DNA of 59,485 nt, the filler included, from Platydemus manokwari (Eukaryota), in assembly GCA_037951405.1 (NCBI GenBank). It is 4 parts of 4 records of this genome, joined end to end, with 100 filler letters (N's around TTAATTAATTAA, not from the genome) between each part and the next. Parts side by side here need not be neighbours in the genome. Positions count along the whole stretch, not along the records: positions 1 to 15,180 come from JBBMOY011331427.1; positions 15,281 to 28,710 come from JBBMOY011732508.1; 2 more parts are not named here. One strand, 5' to 3'. The notes under the pieces are model-generated. The model was not told the origin of the DNA. It was given only the letters and a program-made list of their open reading frames with translations, and searched no databases. This document shows, piece after piece, positions 12,001 to 24,100 of the stretch (position 1 is the stretch's first letter; every line of letters begins with the position of its first letter). A program made the position numbers and the translations under genes.

Positions 12001-14178
12001 ATTTTATGCGGGGATTTCATTGAGGGATCTTACACTAAATTATAACTTTGCCTCGGCACTGTAGACTCACCACTAAATACAATACAATACAAGCTAGGTT
12101 GGATATTCCGAGCAAGAGTGCGAACGATTTAGTTTGAACAAGAAACTTTTATGTTTTTAAACTGAAAAAAATATCTTGGAATTTCTTGAATTTCCAAGGT
12201 GTACGTGAGAACGTATTTTTAGATTCTATCAGTAGGAGGAGGTATCGAACACTGTCTTATAATCCTTCATTGCTGTTAAAAATATCAATTCATATATTTC
12301 ATACCGACGAATAAATGAAAATGAATCTGCAGCAAACATACAGCTGGAATTTGAAAAAACAGTCTTTGAAAACAGGATAAAATTATCGATTTCAAAACAA
12401 CAAAAGGAAAAATAAAAGAATCCCAATCCAGTTTCTTACCTCTATCCTATTTAGAATCGATTTATTAAAAATATAAAGTCCAGCATTGATTTTATTAGAC
12501 AGATACGAATCAGGTTTCTCCTGAAATTTGATTATCTTACGGGTTTCCTTTTCAAAAACCACTGCCCCGTATTTGGCAGGCTCATCCACTTGATAGATCT
12601 TAATGAGAGAAATGCAACGATAAACAATTTGGCAGAATTGGCAAAGTTCCACAACATACTGCCATCGTTCCTTCGTGTCCGTGTGCCATGTGAAAGTCGA
12701 GCATCTGTTTGAATGGATAATTGCAGATAATATCACTATTTAATACAAAAAAGCAGTCACAATCGCTACTTTCAATGAATGGTTTTGCCTGAGCCAAAGG
12801 GCCAGCTGAAAAAAATGCATTTTTTTATTGAATAGACCACGCATATCACACACCAAATGATATGAAAAATAAATATTAAAAATATTATAAAAAAAATTAA
12901 TAAAAAAATCTTGAAAATTTATTGATTGCTCAATAATATTGTTTTTGATATTTTTATCCAATGAAATCAATGAAAAACAAAATTAGCACCAATTGTCCTC
13001 TTGTAGAGCAATTTTAGCAAATTTATAATGAATAAAATCATTACTACTAATTCAGAGGTGGCGGTTTTAACGCCATTGATTTATGAAGGCTATAAGAAAT
13101 ATTGGTAAAGAACAGGAAGCAACGAGATCAGCCAAAGAATCCAGAGAAATTTATATAATATTTTGAGTTGTTGAGTGTAAAGAATTTATTTTATATAAAA
13201 TTGCTAAATATCTCGTTCAAATTGTTTGGATTTATTTACTTATATAATTTTGTGACAATCTTCGGATATTCATATGTGATGAATTTTTTTCCGAAACATC
13301 GTTCAAAATCATCTGATTTTCATTTTCATCCCAATTCAAATTTAAGCTTTCTTACATTCAAAATATGAGCAACAACCACGTGTACTAGATTTTCTCGATG
13401 AGGTAGAATCAAACAAAGTTTGACAACCTCTAATCTGGTGTGTAAGTTTTTTAGACACGAAATAATTGAAAAATAGGAATATATTCTAAGAATTAATATT
13501 ATTATCATTATTATTAGGAGATTAATGAAAAATAAAACATTACACATATCAAAATTGGAGCAAATAATTTCATCTTGTCATTAGTTGTGTGAAAAATGGA
13601 TATGGTGACCATATCAGACTAACAAGCTAAAGAAATACACACTCACGAAGGGCTTACACACTAATTGAGATCTAATTTCCATATACAGAATTTGAATAGG
13701 AATTCTCGTGACCAGACTAGCAAACTTAACTCGTACGAAACCAGAATGCAATTACAATGGGTACCAAGGGTCAAATGGTGAGAGTAAGTAAAATAATAAT
13801 GGATTTGAATCTAAAAAATAGTAGAAGGTTCTGCGAAAACGGTAGACCAAAGTATTGCCTAGTAGAATTTTCAGTGGTCTAATAAGCAAACCCACAGAGG
13901 CGGTGCATATTTTAAATCGATGATCTCAAGACATTGAATTTCGGAATATAATTTCTAAAATTTCTACTTGGTCACCAATCATTTCTCGTGAATGCAAGCC
14001 AATTCGACAAGATGTCAATTAATTCATATTTTTTCTCCACAAGTGAAATTCCAATCGACTGATGAAATTATTTTCCCATTCAGATAATTGATGAGTAGTT
14101 GTTGAAATATAATACAAAAAGAAAATTACCCGTTCCCAAGGGTTTCGCTTCATAGGAAAACTGAAGTTTGACATCAAG
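3015..14178 (-). CDS. GMPPB: Mannose-1-phosphate guanyltransferase beta (GDP-mannose pyrophosphorylase B), 5'-partial, 7 exons seen
   Basis: Exons, all GT-AG and in phase: 14178-14130 ([16 protein letters not shown]), 12805-12660 ([27 protein letters not shown]), 12598-12440 ([26 protein letters not shown]), 7275-7197 ([11 protein letters not shown]), 5451-5324 ([21 protein letters not shown]), 3377-3195 (hexapeptide repeats, IGPNVVLG), 3146-3015 ([23 protein letters not shown]). The N-terminal GGYGTRLRP exon(s) were not found before the gap. Confidence 0.95.
6412..6475 (-). mobile_element. tRNA-derived SINE head or tRNA pseudogene
   Basis: The minus strand has an A-box-like TTGCCAAGTGG (6471-6461) and a B-box GAGTTCGAATCC (6428-6417) at tRNA-like spacing. 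No clean cloverleaf. Confidence 0.45.
8011..8613 (-). mobile_element. TRIM-like miniature or internally deleted LTR retroelement
   Basis: Direct repeats at 8011-8162 and 8456-8613, both starting TGTGAGAA on the minus strand; the 3' copy ends in CA. TCGAT flanks both sides (8006-8010, 8614-8618). A polypurine tract AAAAGAAAGGGAGA (8176-8163) abuts the 3' LTR, and a PBS-like TAGCGACAAC follows the 5' LTR. Confidence 0.85.
9905..10510 (+). mobile_element. MITE-like dispersed repeat with terminal or subterminal inverted repeats
   Basis: 9905-9940 and about 10480-10510 are imperfect inverted repeats. 9905-10235 matches the reverse complement of 15428-15745 (shared blocks gagtgtattgcaaaaatctatatag and ttgaaaattagcga.ga.ccctttttt). 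Confidence 0.7.
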
Positions 14179-15180
14179 CTAAATAGAAATGATAATCAAA
14201 TAAAAGCCATCATTTGAAAATACGCGATATTTTATTATTAAGAAAAAAATTTGTAAAAATTAAAAAAAATATTAAAATATAATTCTCCATTTCCAATATC
14301 AGCAAATCAATTTCAAAACAAAATGTAGATAAAAGAGAATAAATTATTCGACAAATGATGAAAATTTCTAAAGATGTCTCTGATTTGAAGGACATAAAAA
14401 TATCAATAATAATGATCAGCGCTGTTAATGTTTTACATCAATCCATCAAACGCTCTATTATCTAATCGGCTGATAGAATTCATTGAAACATTGCTTACAT
14501 ATAACGTGTATGTTGTAAATAAAACCGTATTTGTCGGCAAACCAGTTCGATCGTGTATTATGTTATGAGTAATTCAATGCAATTTGATTGGATGAATGCG
14601 AAGTTTTGTACGTGATATCGTTTTTATTAAAAGATGGCGATGGAAATAGTTTTCGTAAAACATATTCGATAACATTCCTGTGTCTTGATTTATTTGAATT
14701 AAGATGACAAAATATATTACCAAATATGAAAAGAAATTTTTCTGAATTTATTTATTCAGATACAATTCTAGTGGTCTTAGATAAAAGATTCCAGTATATT
14801 ACACGTATTTAATATTTTATTCAATATAATTATCGATTTTTTATTTCTCAATATCGATTTATGACAGAACCGTGTTCTGAAAATTGATGAATTTAATTCC
14901 ATGCATTCTTTCCTTTATTTTGAAATATTTTTCAAAGGGCCATCGGATCGATAATTTAATAATAAATTTATATATATAAAATTCGGTCACATACACGTTT
15001 ATAAGAATATTTGATATCAAACACTTTAAGATAAATATCAGCTGAAAATAAAACATCACATATTCGGAAATTTTCCTTAAATGATACAAATTAAAACAAA
15101 CTATAATTTCTGAACTGGGGGGAACTATGAATAAAAATCGATATAATATGTTGATATAATTATTCATTGATTTAATAATT

Positions 15181-15280
15181 NNNNNNNNNNNNNNNNNNNN
15201 NNNNNNNNNNNNNNNNNNNNNNNNTTAATTAATTAANNNNNNNNNNNNNNNNNNNNNNNNNNNNNNNNNNNNNNNNNNNN
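15181..15280. other. Artificial assembly gap spacer (N44-TTAATTAATTAA-N44)
   Basis: Exactly 100 bp, with a central 12-mer that gives stops in all six frames. The same spacer occurs three times. Confidence 0.98.
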
Positions 15281-15427
15281 TTATTTGATTTGGATCAAAT
15301 CTACATTTCATTACAACATCGACAGGTTTCGGATCTATGTATCCAATCTATTAAATAAATATTAAAATACTTATTTTGAGAGAAAACCCAAGTACCTTAT
15401 TCCTGGCACTTCTCAATAATTTCAAAG

Positions 15428-15745
15428 TCACTTTTTTATAAAATAACTAAGATATCATTCCAATTGCTTCTAATGTTAAAAAAGGGGTCCTCGCTAATTT
15501 TCAATTAATTGCATTTGACCTACTTTGACCCGTTTATCAAATAGTTAAATTTTAGTAAATTTTAAAAATCCTATGCATATATTATTTGATTCTAAATAAC
15601 TAAAATTTTACTCAAGTGCTAAAATATAAAATTCAAAATGTTATTAAAGAATTTAATTAAATAATCTATATAGATTTTTGCAATACACTCCAATATTTTA
15701 AAATTTTATTCTAGGACCCTTTTTTTAACTTACGCCAAAATTTGG
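15428..15745 (-). repeat. Second, inverted copy of the 9905-10235 MITE-like repeat
   Basis: Colinear reverse-complement similarity over about 320 bp, read by eye. Confidence 0.75.
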
Positions 15746-16436
15746 TTAAACTGGGTCCAATACAAATAAATTATTAAACATTGAAAAGTCATTAGATATC
15801 ATAAGAACGATTAACAATGAATTCATTAAAATGTAAATCGTAAAATAAAGCAATAAACTTCTTTTGAAGGAATTTCCAAAATTTAAATTAATTTTCAGAA
15901 TAATTAACTAATAGCAATAAAAATACAATTTTTGCTTGTTGCAATTGTCAAAATACGGGGAGATTTTCTAAAAATTTTTATGTCAAGATTTACAATTTGC
16001 CTCATATTGAATTGTTTTCCCTTTTTATTAATAATTTTTCTATAAATTGAACACTATTTTTGTTTTCAAAATTATTACTTAATATATTTAATTAAGAATG
16101 TATGTTCAACTTAAAGATATCATTTTTAGTTTGATTGGCCATAATGTAAATATATTTAGAAAATCAAATTCATGATTATTCTATTATGGCGGGGTCTGTA
16201 ATCAACATTATCTATAAATCATTATAAATAACGAATTATAATGTATTGATTTTTTTTAATAAAAAGGTGAAACAAATATTAAGATACTTTTCCCTAGTTC
16301 AAAATGTACTCATACAAACATTACAATTAGAGAATGTGAAGTGACTTAAAAGTTGAAAGCATTCCTTTACACTGGCATGGATAGGCATGAAATTTAATAA
16401 GGTTTATTTAAAACGACAAGCAAAAGGCATTTATTA

Positions 16437-16660
16437 TCGATCAACAAAAAGCTATATAAAACATGAATAATATTACAAGAACAATCTTAAGATATAATCG
16501 TAACATCAAATATCTTTATCCAATTTCTCAATAACTAAAAAAATAAATTCCTCGATCAATAAAAAGCTATACAAAAACATGAATAACATTGCAAAAACAA
16601 TCTTAAGATATAATCGTCACATCAAATATCTTTATCTAATTTCTCAACAACTAAAGAATA
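16437..16660. repeat. Tandem duplication (period about 115 bp) of the HAT1 last codons, stop and proximal 3'UTR
   Basis: 16437-16545 and 16552-16660 share tcgatcaa.aaaaagctata.aaaacatgaataa.att.caa.aacaatcttaagatataatcgt.acatcaaatatctttatc.aatttctcaa.aactaaa. Confidence 0.9.
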
Positions 16661-18066
16661 ACATTGTTCCAATCTTTCATATTCCTTTTCAATCAATATA
16701 GATTTATTATCAGTATTCATTTGCACAAATGAATAATTCATGTTAATGAGTTCCTTAGGTTTCTAAACATTAGTTATGAATATAATTAATATAATCATTA
16801 TAAAAAGTACCCCGTATAAATCATCTAATCTCTTGATGACTGTCTGCTTGTATCTCATTACATCAATCGAATTGGATTTATCAATGTATTTGAAGCCTAA
16901 TATTTCATAAACACGCAAAATTTGTTTATTACAGAGCTTCAATTTTCGTTTAACTAAATCTGAAAATGCTTTGTACATTCCTTTTTTCAAGATAGCGGTA
17001 TCAAAATCTGGAAGACTAATTATATTTTTACAATCTATGTAATCTCTTAAAGTTTGAAAAGAATCAGATGGATCTTCAACGGTTATATCCTTAACCAGGA
17101 TATTCGCTTTTACTAAATTATAAAAATTGGTCATTAACCGTTCACCATGTCCCTGCTTTTGAAAAGGTGGAAAGATTAAAACTTGACTTATTCTCTTTCT
17201 TATACTATCAGGATACGCAAAAAAATTGAAAATCGTCATAAATCCAATGGTAGCATATTTGTAATCTTGATTACAATCTTTATACTTTTCATATCTAAAA
17301 CATTTATCAAACTAATTTTAATAAAACTTTCATCTTACATGATAATATATTCCCAACTTTTATCTGTAATATCAATAATTGATGAACCATTAACAAAAAA
17401 CATTGATAAATATTGAAGATTATTGCTATAAGTTTGAAAATCAACAGAATCCAAGTCCTTTTTTGAGACATGATAAATTTCATAAATTTTATCATCTATA
17501 CAAATTCAAAATTCTCAAAATTATTGAAGAAATCAAACTTGATATAAACAGATCAATTAATTTACCAAAACAGGTAAAATTATCATTAACTACGGCATGT
17601 TTAAATGTTTCAACATTGTGTTCGATTTTAAGTTGAGAAAACAAATTCTTCTCAAAATTATATGGCTAAAAGAAATAACTTCAAATAAATAATTAAAAAA
17701 ACTACACGGTTAACCGGAATACATCTCGAATCATTGATCTTATCATCGTAAGAAATATTAACACATGGAGTTAAACGAGAGGCCAATAAATGAATATCAA
17801 TTTGCAGATTTTTATAACCGAAAATTTTTTCACTTAAATACAAAATATTATAAATATATAATAAATAAATTGTACTTTTCGCCAAAAAATTGATGACAAA
17901 ATTCTGGATTTATTTTATTATCATCTTTTTCCATTTCATCAATGTTTCTAACTAAAGTATCCGATAATTACTACAAATTAAAAAAAATAAAGATACTAAA
18001 TCTGAAGTTAATGTGCTTATTAGCTTGACATGTATAATTATCAAATATGGATTCAACTAAATTCAT
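16622..18066 (-). CDS. HAT1: Histone acetyltransferase type B catalytic subunit, 7 exons
   Basis: Exons 18066-17997, 17951-17876, 17832-17715, 17665-17539, 17495-17339, 17294-16811 and 16762-16622, with in-phase GT-AG introns of 43-49 bp. Motifs PEFCHQFFGENEKIFGYKNLQI, YAT.GFMT.FNFFAYPD..R.RISQ.LIFPPFQKQGHG (acetyl-CoA motif A) and DITVEDPS..FQ.LRD..D are all HAT1 hallmarks. Confidence 0.95.
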
Positions 18067-19674
18067 TTTTTTAATATAAATGCCAGATAATAATTATTAA
18101 AACACAGTTTTTATGTATTTAATAATTTATATTTAAAAAACTTTGAAATATGATTAAAATCTGATTTAATTACTACCTGAATATTTTGATAAATTTATTT
18201 TAGAAATTATTTTTTAAATCCTAAATTTAAACAGTATATATGAAAACGTTAATTCAGCCTAATCCGTTAGTTAAAATTTAATTTTTTAAAGTTAAACAAC
18301 AAAAAATGGATCATTCAAAAATGTCAATTCATTTAAAAATTTTCACAGATTTGACAATATCAATAGAAAACTTTCTATTCTTACTTTATATGGCAAATAT
18401 TTAAATTTAACTTTCTTTAAATTAAGGTTTAGTACATATTAATAATTGCTTGACTAATGCATACGTTAAATAAAGATACTTAAAAAAAATTCAATTTCCT
18501 TTTCTTTGTTTATATCTGATAAACTTCTAATTATACTATGTGGATTCTTGGAATCTAAAATGTTACAAAGTTAGAGATAAATAATCTTCTTTTTCTCAAA
18601 ACTCTCAATTTCAGAATATCAAAAGATATCTTTTGAAACCCAACCATATCAAAGCCTGGGATGGTCTCACATGAAGCCACAATCAAAGTCCAACTAGAAT
18701 GGAGTCATGTTGGAATTAAAGAATAAATCCCATATTAATCGATTATTTCGATATTTCTGACTTGCATATTTTTGACATTAATCTAAAATTATTTGGTTAT
18801 CTATTATTTTACAGATTTATTTATTTTTTGAAGAATTCTAATAAACAAATAGTGCTTAAATTTCGTAATATTGTGTATTTTGTACAAAATTTATCGGTAA
18901 AACTGAAATATATAATTTCGCCATAGAAAATCAAATAAAATCCAATTTTGAAACTCAAATAAGTGTTGAGTAGATCACAAATCTATTAAAATGCTCAGAA
19001 GAACAAAGGAAAGAACCCTAAAAAGGGTCTATACACACGGACCGGGTAAGCACACGTGCCGTTATCTAATCACATTTCTTCTAATATTATTCCATAATTA
19101 GAAGCCGTGAATTGACTCTCACAAATTCAAATATACCCAATGACACGAGAGATGCGAGAAAATTTCAAGTATATCGATTAAGGAACAAATTCAGCAAATG
19201 AAAAACTAAGGTTCTCGATATCAAGTAGACACACTCGATAGGTCTATACAAGTAATTGAGTTTCAAGAATATCCCCCAGTCTTTATTGGTTAGTAACTCG
19301 AGTACTTTTGATTACTTTCCATTCTGTTGCTGACTTTCGGGCGCTGACTCCATTTTGATATACTATTGTGATTGTGAAAAGATGCATTGCAGTCATTAAG
19401 ATTTTGATTGTGGAATTTTGGTTAATACATTTTAGATCTAAATCATTGATTAAAATACCCAACATAAAATAAAAAATAACAACCAAATTATTAATTCATT
19501 TAGCAAATAAGTGAATTTATTTTTAATTTCAACCAGAAAATTTAGAGATTATTAATATAAATAAATAGTGTTGGGTTTTAAGTGCTGGTTGTTCGAATCT
19601 GTAATTATTTAAATTATTTAATTAGAAATTATTTACATAATTTCAGATTTTTAGAAAATATGGTATTTTGAAAC

Positions 19675-19787
19675 AATGCCTTGAGACACATATGTCCCTG
19701 CAGTAGTTTATTGTGAATATTTTTCGCATCAGTAATTTGTGACTATTCTCTGGGACTTATATATCCCCGCAGTATTGAAAGGGTTAA
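19675..19787 (-). mobile_element. piggyBac-like transposon terminus (one end only)
   Basis: The minus strand reads TTAA|CCCTTTCAATACTGCGGGGATATATAAGTCCC, a TTAA target followed by a CCC terminus. A second subterminal near-palindrome GAGACACATATGTCCC lies at about 19683-19698. No partner end found. Confidence 0.5.
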
Positions 19788-20047
19788 TGTTAAAATCCCT
19801 TCTTTTTCACATATACTGTCTGCCTCTTAAACTTTAACTAAAATTCAATCCGAGTTTTTACATTGTAGATTTGCTGTATTTGTATTATTTACATTATGCC
19901 CTTTAAAACTGAGTTTGATTTTGAAATAATTTTATTAGTGAAAGATAAATTAATATAAATAAAGTTTTATATATCATAAATTAAAGTTATGTTGTACTCG
20001 TTACCAATGGTGAGAAGGATTATTATATTTTAAAATTTTAATTCGAA

Positions 20048-21007
20048 ATGAATTCCAATATAGATCTCAAAGTAAGATAAATTTGAAAATTAATGATATC
20101 AGAATTAATGAATTTTATACTTATTAAGTCATCGAATATATGATTAGAAAAACTTATCAAATATATCAAAACTTATACATTTTTTCAGATATTTCTGTTA
20201 ATTTAACATTATAACGTGTATTTTATAAGCCTTTTAGAATTTGGAAAATTCCAAAATTTATCATCAGTGGAGATTTTGCTAAGTCTCCAGATGAAACAAA
20301 AGAAAAAAGTAAGACAATTATAAATTTAAAAACTTATAAAATCAAAGATAAACAACCGAATATAACCCAAGAAAATCGGTACTTTATTGGAACTAATCAA
20401 AATCAAATAATTGAAAGAAAATTAGTAACAAATATTTATATATAACACAATAAATGTCATGTTAAGAACGTCCAAGAATCATCTGTAGATAGAATACTGT
20501 CTTTCGCAAATTCAACAGAAAGAAAATCAATTCTGAAATTTTTTTCAATTTCCGACTTAAAATTTACCAAATGTTCGCTGAGACAAGCATTGATGCCAGA
20601 AACCGAGAACAGAATACGTAATTGGTTAAAATCAACAAACCTAACCGGTTAGAAACACGACTGTAACAACGGATTTATTTATTATTAGAAAAATCGATAG
20701 CAATAAATTTTTTCCAAACTGTGATGAAAAACGAAAACTTGTATTCGGATGATAAATATTTCATTCAAAGTATTTTACAGACAATATATAAGTATGTTTA
20801 TACTTTTTTATGCTTTAAAAAAGTAAAAAATAAAATTAATTCAGTGACGAAGATTACTGGATAAAAGACAATACTCATCAAAATGGTGAGACCAAATTGA
20901 AATTCTTAAATCTTCACAAACCGGAAACAAGACGCCAACGTTGGATGTTCACTTCATGGAATCATTTACCGACATATAAACAAAAAGCTTTAAATAATTT
21001 TAGCTGA
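20048..21007 (+). CDS. Uncharacterised protein, about 221 aa, 5 exons (not in the ORF track)
   Basis: Exons 20048-20071, 20230-20424, 20467-20647, 20689-20791 and 20845-21007 total 666 nt with no internal stop. The GT-AG introns are 158, 42, 41 and 53 bp and phase-compatible. AATAAA lies at 21044. Exon 1 and intron 1 are less certain than exons 2-5. Confidence 0.8.
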
Positions 21008-21167
21008 AACACAAACGGAAAACAATGATACAACTTGTTTATCAATAAACAATTGTTTTATTAGTGACATCAAATATTATAAAACACAAATTTTAAATAA
21101 TAAAGCAAAATATAATCATTCAAAAAATAATATTCAAGAATAATTGCTATTGTCGATAAAGACAACC

Positions 21168-24100
21168 TTAATAGAATATAGGCTGTAATTTCTTCTTTAT
21201 ACAAACTCTACATCTACTAAGTTCTTTGTAGACATTTTGATTCTTCTCGTCTTCAGCTTTAATGTATTTGCCAGCTGGAACCTCAAATTGCTTGTCTACG
21301 TGTCTCAAGAAATACGACTTAGCGTCATGCCAATGATTACACCGATCCATTCCGTTATTGCATTCTAACATTGGCGAAAAGCGGAAATATGGTAAGCAGC
21401 TGCCAGGAGATGACAAACTTTGACCACCACCATTTCCACCGGTAGTATGCTTAATAAAATAATTTTATAATTACAATTTTATAAAAATTATAAAATTACC
21501 ATAACAAAACTATATCCGCTCCACAATTCAGTCCATTCATCGGGACAAACAACATCACTGATATTATTGGTTTGAGAATGAAATGCGTAGGGTTCTGTTG
21601 GACTTTCACAAGTGACACACCTTGCAATGTACTTTTCAACATTTTGGACTTCAATCATATCACCTGTTACCGGAGCTAATGAAGCAAGCCAGTAAGATTT
21701 GTCAGCTCTTATTTTCTGCTTGCAACTTCCATCTCTTGAACATTGTTGGAATGGCATAATGTTAAAATAGTTTAAACAAGAACTATGAGTTCCAAGATTC
21801 ATTACATTAACTTCATGATTTCCACTGGCCATTACAAAACTGTATCCTTCATAAATTTTGTTTGAACCAATCGGACAAACAAGTTTATCAACTCTATTTT
21901 GATAATGCCTAGTAAACAAAAATGTACTTTCTAAAGCTTGTCCCTGTTGACCTTGTTCTCCCATTTCACCCTTAGGGCCTGTAGGACCCTTATCACCCTT
22001 TTTTCCAGGCAATCCTCTAGGTCCAGAAGGTCCAATTTTACCTTTATCACCAACTTCACCGGGTTCTTGGCCTTTATCACCTACTAAACCTTGATCACCT
22101 TTATAACCCTTAGGTCCCCTAACAGCTGGTTCTCCTATATCTCCCTTAAGGCCCTGTTTACCAGGAATGCCAATATCTCCAATATCACCAATATTGCCCT
22201 TTTTATCTTCACCTTTTAATCCTCTTAATCCTTTTAGGCCTGTCAAACCTATATCTCCCACACTACCTTTGTCTCCTAAAATTCCTGTTATACCGATTTC
22301 ACCTTTTTGTCCTATAATTCCTTTTTCACCAATAAAACCCTGATCACCTTGAAATCCTTTATTGCCTTTAATTCCTTTCTCACCAAGGAAACCCTTAACG
22401 CCTTTAGAACCTGGTAATCCAATTGCTCCATTTTCACCTTTATCTCCGGATAGGCCTTTTTCTCCTTTTTCACCTTTTTTACCCGATTCGCCGTTTTCAC
22501 CGGTTTCACCTGATTCCCCTTTGGGACCTGCAAAAAAGGTTTGTTAGAAAAACTAGGAAATGAATAATGAACCTTGTTTTCCTTCCCGTCCTTTGTCTCC
22601 AATACCACCATCAGGTCCATTTAATCCATTTCCTGGTAAACCCTTGTCTCCAACTCTTCCCATTTTACCAGGAAGCCCTTAATATATAATTAATATATTA
22701 TTATTATTATTATATCTAATCATACCTTCCAATCCTTTTTCACCTTTGGCTCCTACTAATCCTGGTTCTCCCATTTCACCCCTTTCTCCAGATCGGCCTT
22801 GGACACATTTACCCGGTACACCCTTTTCACCCTTTGGTCCGACTTGACCATTTTCTCCTTCACTTCCAATTTCACCTTCTATGCCGGATTGCCCTTTATC
22901 TCCTTTGTCCCCCATAATTCCTATATTTTAATTCAAAAAATGATATTAATAATAGATATTAATAACCTTGTATTCCTTGAGGGCCGATGTCACCCTTTTG
23001 ACCACTTTCTCCTTTAAGACCTATGCTTCCTTTTTCTCCCTTTTCTCCTAGTTTACCCTCCGAACCAGTAATTCCTAAATTAACAAGTTAATAACTAGTA
23101 GATAATAGTAATATTTTTTAAATACCCTTATTGCCCTTTTCACCTCTATCACCTGGCAAACCTGTTTCACCTGGTGGACCATTATTACCAGGCTTACCAG
23201 TCTCTCCTTTCAATGATTGACCTTTCTTTCCCTTATCACCATTTAAACCCATATCACCTTTAGGTCCATTTTCTCCAACTGGTCCCATTTCTCCTTTTTG
23301 GCCGTTTTGACCCTTTTTCCCTTTTTTACCAGTATTTCCCTTTTCTCCTTGTTTTCCTTTATCCCCCTTTTCAAAAATTTGAAATTATACTATTATCAAA
23401 AACTATTACTCTAGCACCGACATCTCCAATTGGACCTTTTTGACCTATGGTTCCATCTTGTCCCTTATCTCCATCTAAACCCTTGGAACCTTTTTCACCA
23501 AACTCACCCTTATCACCAATCATGCCTTTTTCTCCAATTGTTGTGTCACCTGGTTCACCTTTGTCACCTCTCATACCAGGAATTCCACTTTCTCCTTTTT
23601 TACCATGTGAACCTGGTAACCCTTGGTTTCCAATGTCTCCTTTGGAACCAACAAGGCTTTCACCCTTACCTCCTTTATCTCCTTTAATGCCTTGATCACC
23701 CCCAACACCATTAATACCTGTAACATAATATTAGGTATTAAAATAAAAGAAAAATATCACCTTGATCTCCTTTGAATCCCTTAATTCCTTTTGACCCAGT
23801 ATCACCAACAGGACCTCTTGATCCTAAATAACCTTTATCTCCCCTGTCTCCAACTTCCCCAATTTCACCCTTAGATCCATTATCACCCTTATCTCCTCTG
23901 ATTCCTTAATTTATCAGTAAAAATAATAAAATAAATAAGTATTGATACCTATTTCACCACTTCTACCAAGTATACCAGGTTCACCTCTTTCTCCAACCTC
24001 TCCTTGAGATCCTTTATTGCCAATATCACCGTTCGCACCAAAATCACCTCTATCACCAAAATCCCCTCTACCAGTGCATTCACCATTATCCCCCACCTGC

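Noticed and set aside
14765-14790. Minus-strand YLRPL as the missing GMPPB exon 1
   Set aside because: It lacks the preceding GGxGTR and following PKP context, so it is a chance match.
15225-15236. TTAATTAATTAA palindrome, also at the other two gaps, as a biological site
   Set aside because: It is centred in identical 100-bp N spacers and gives six-frame stops, so it is an assembly linker.
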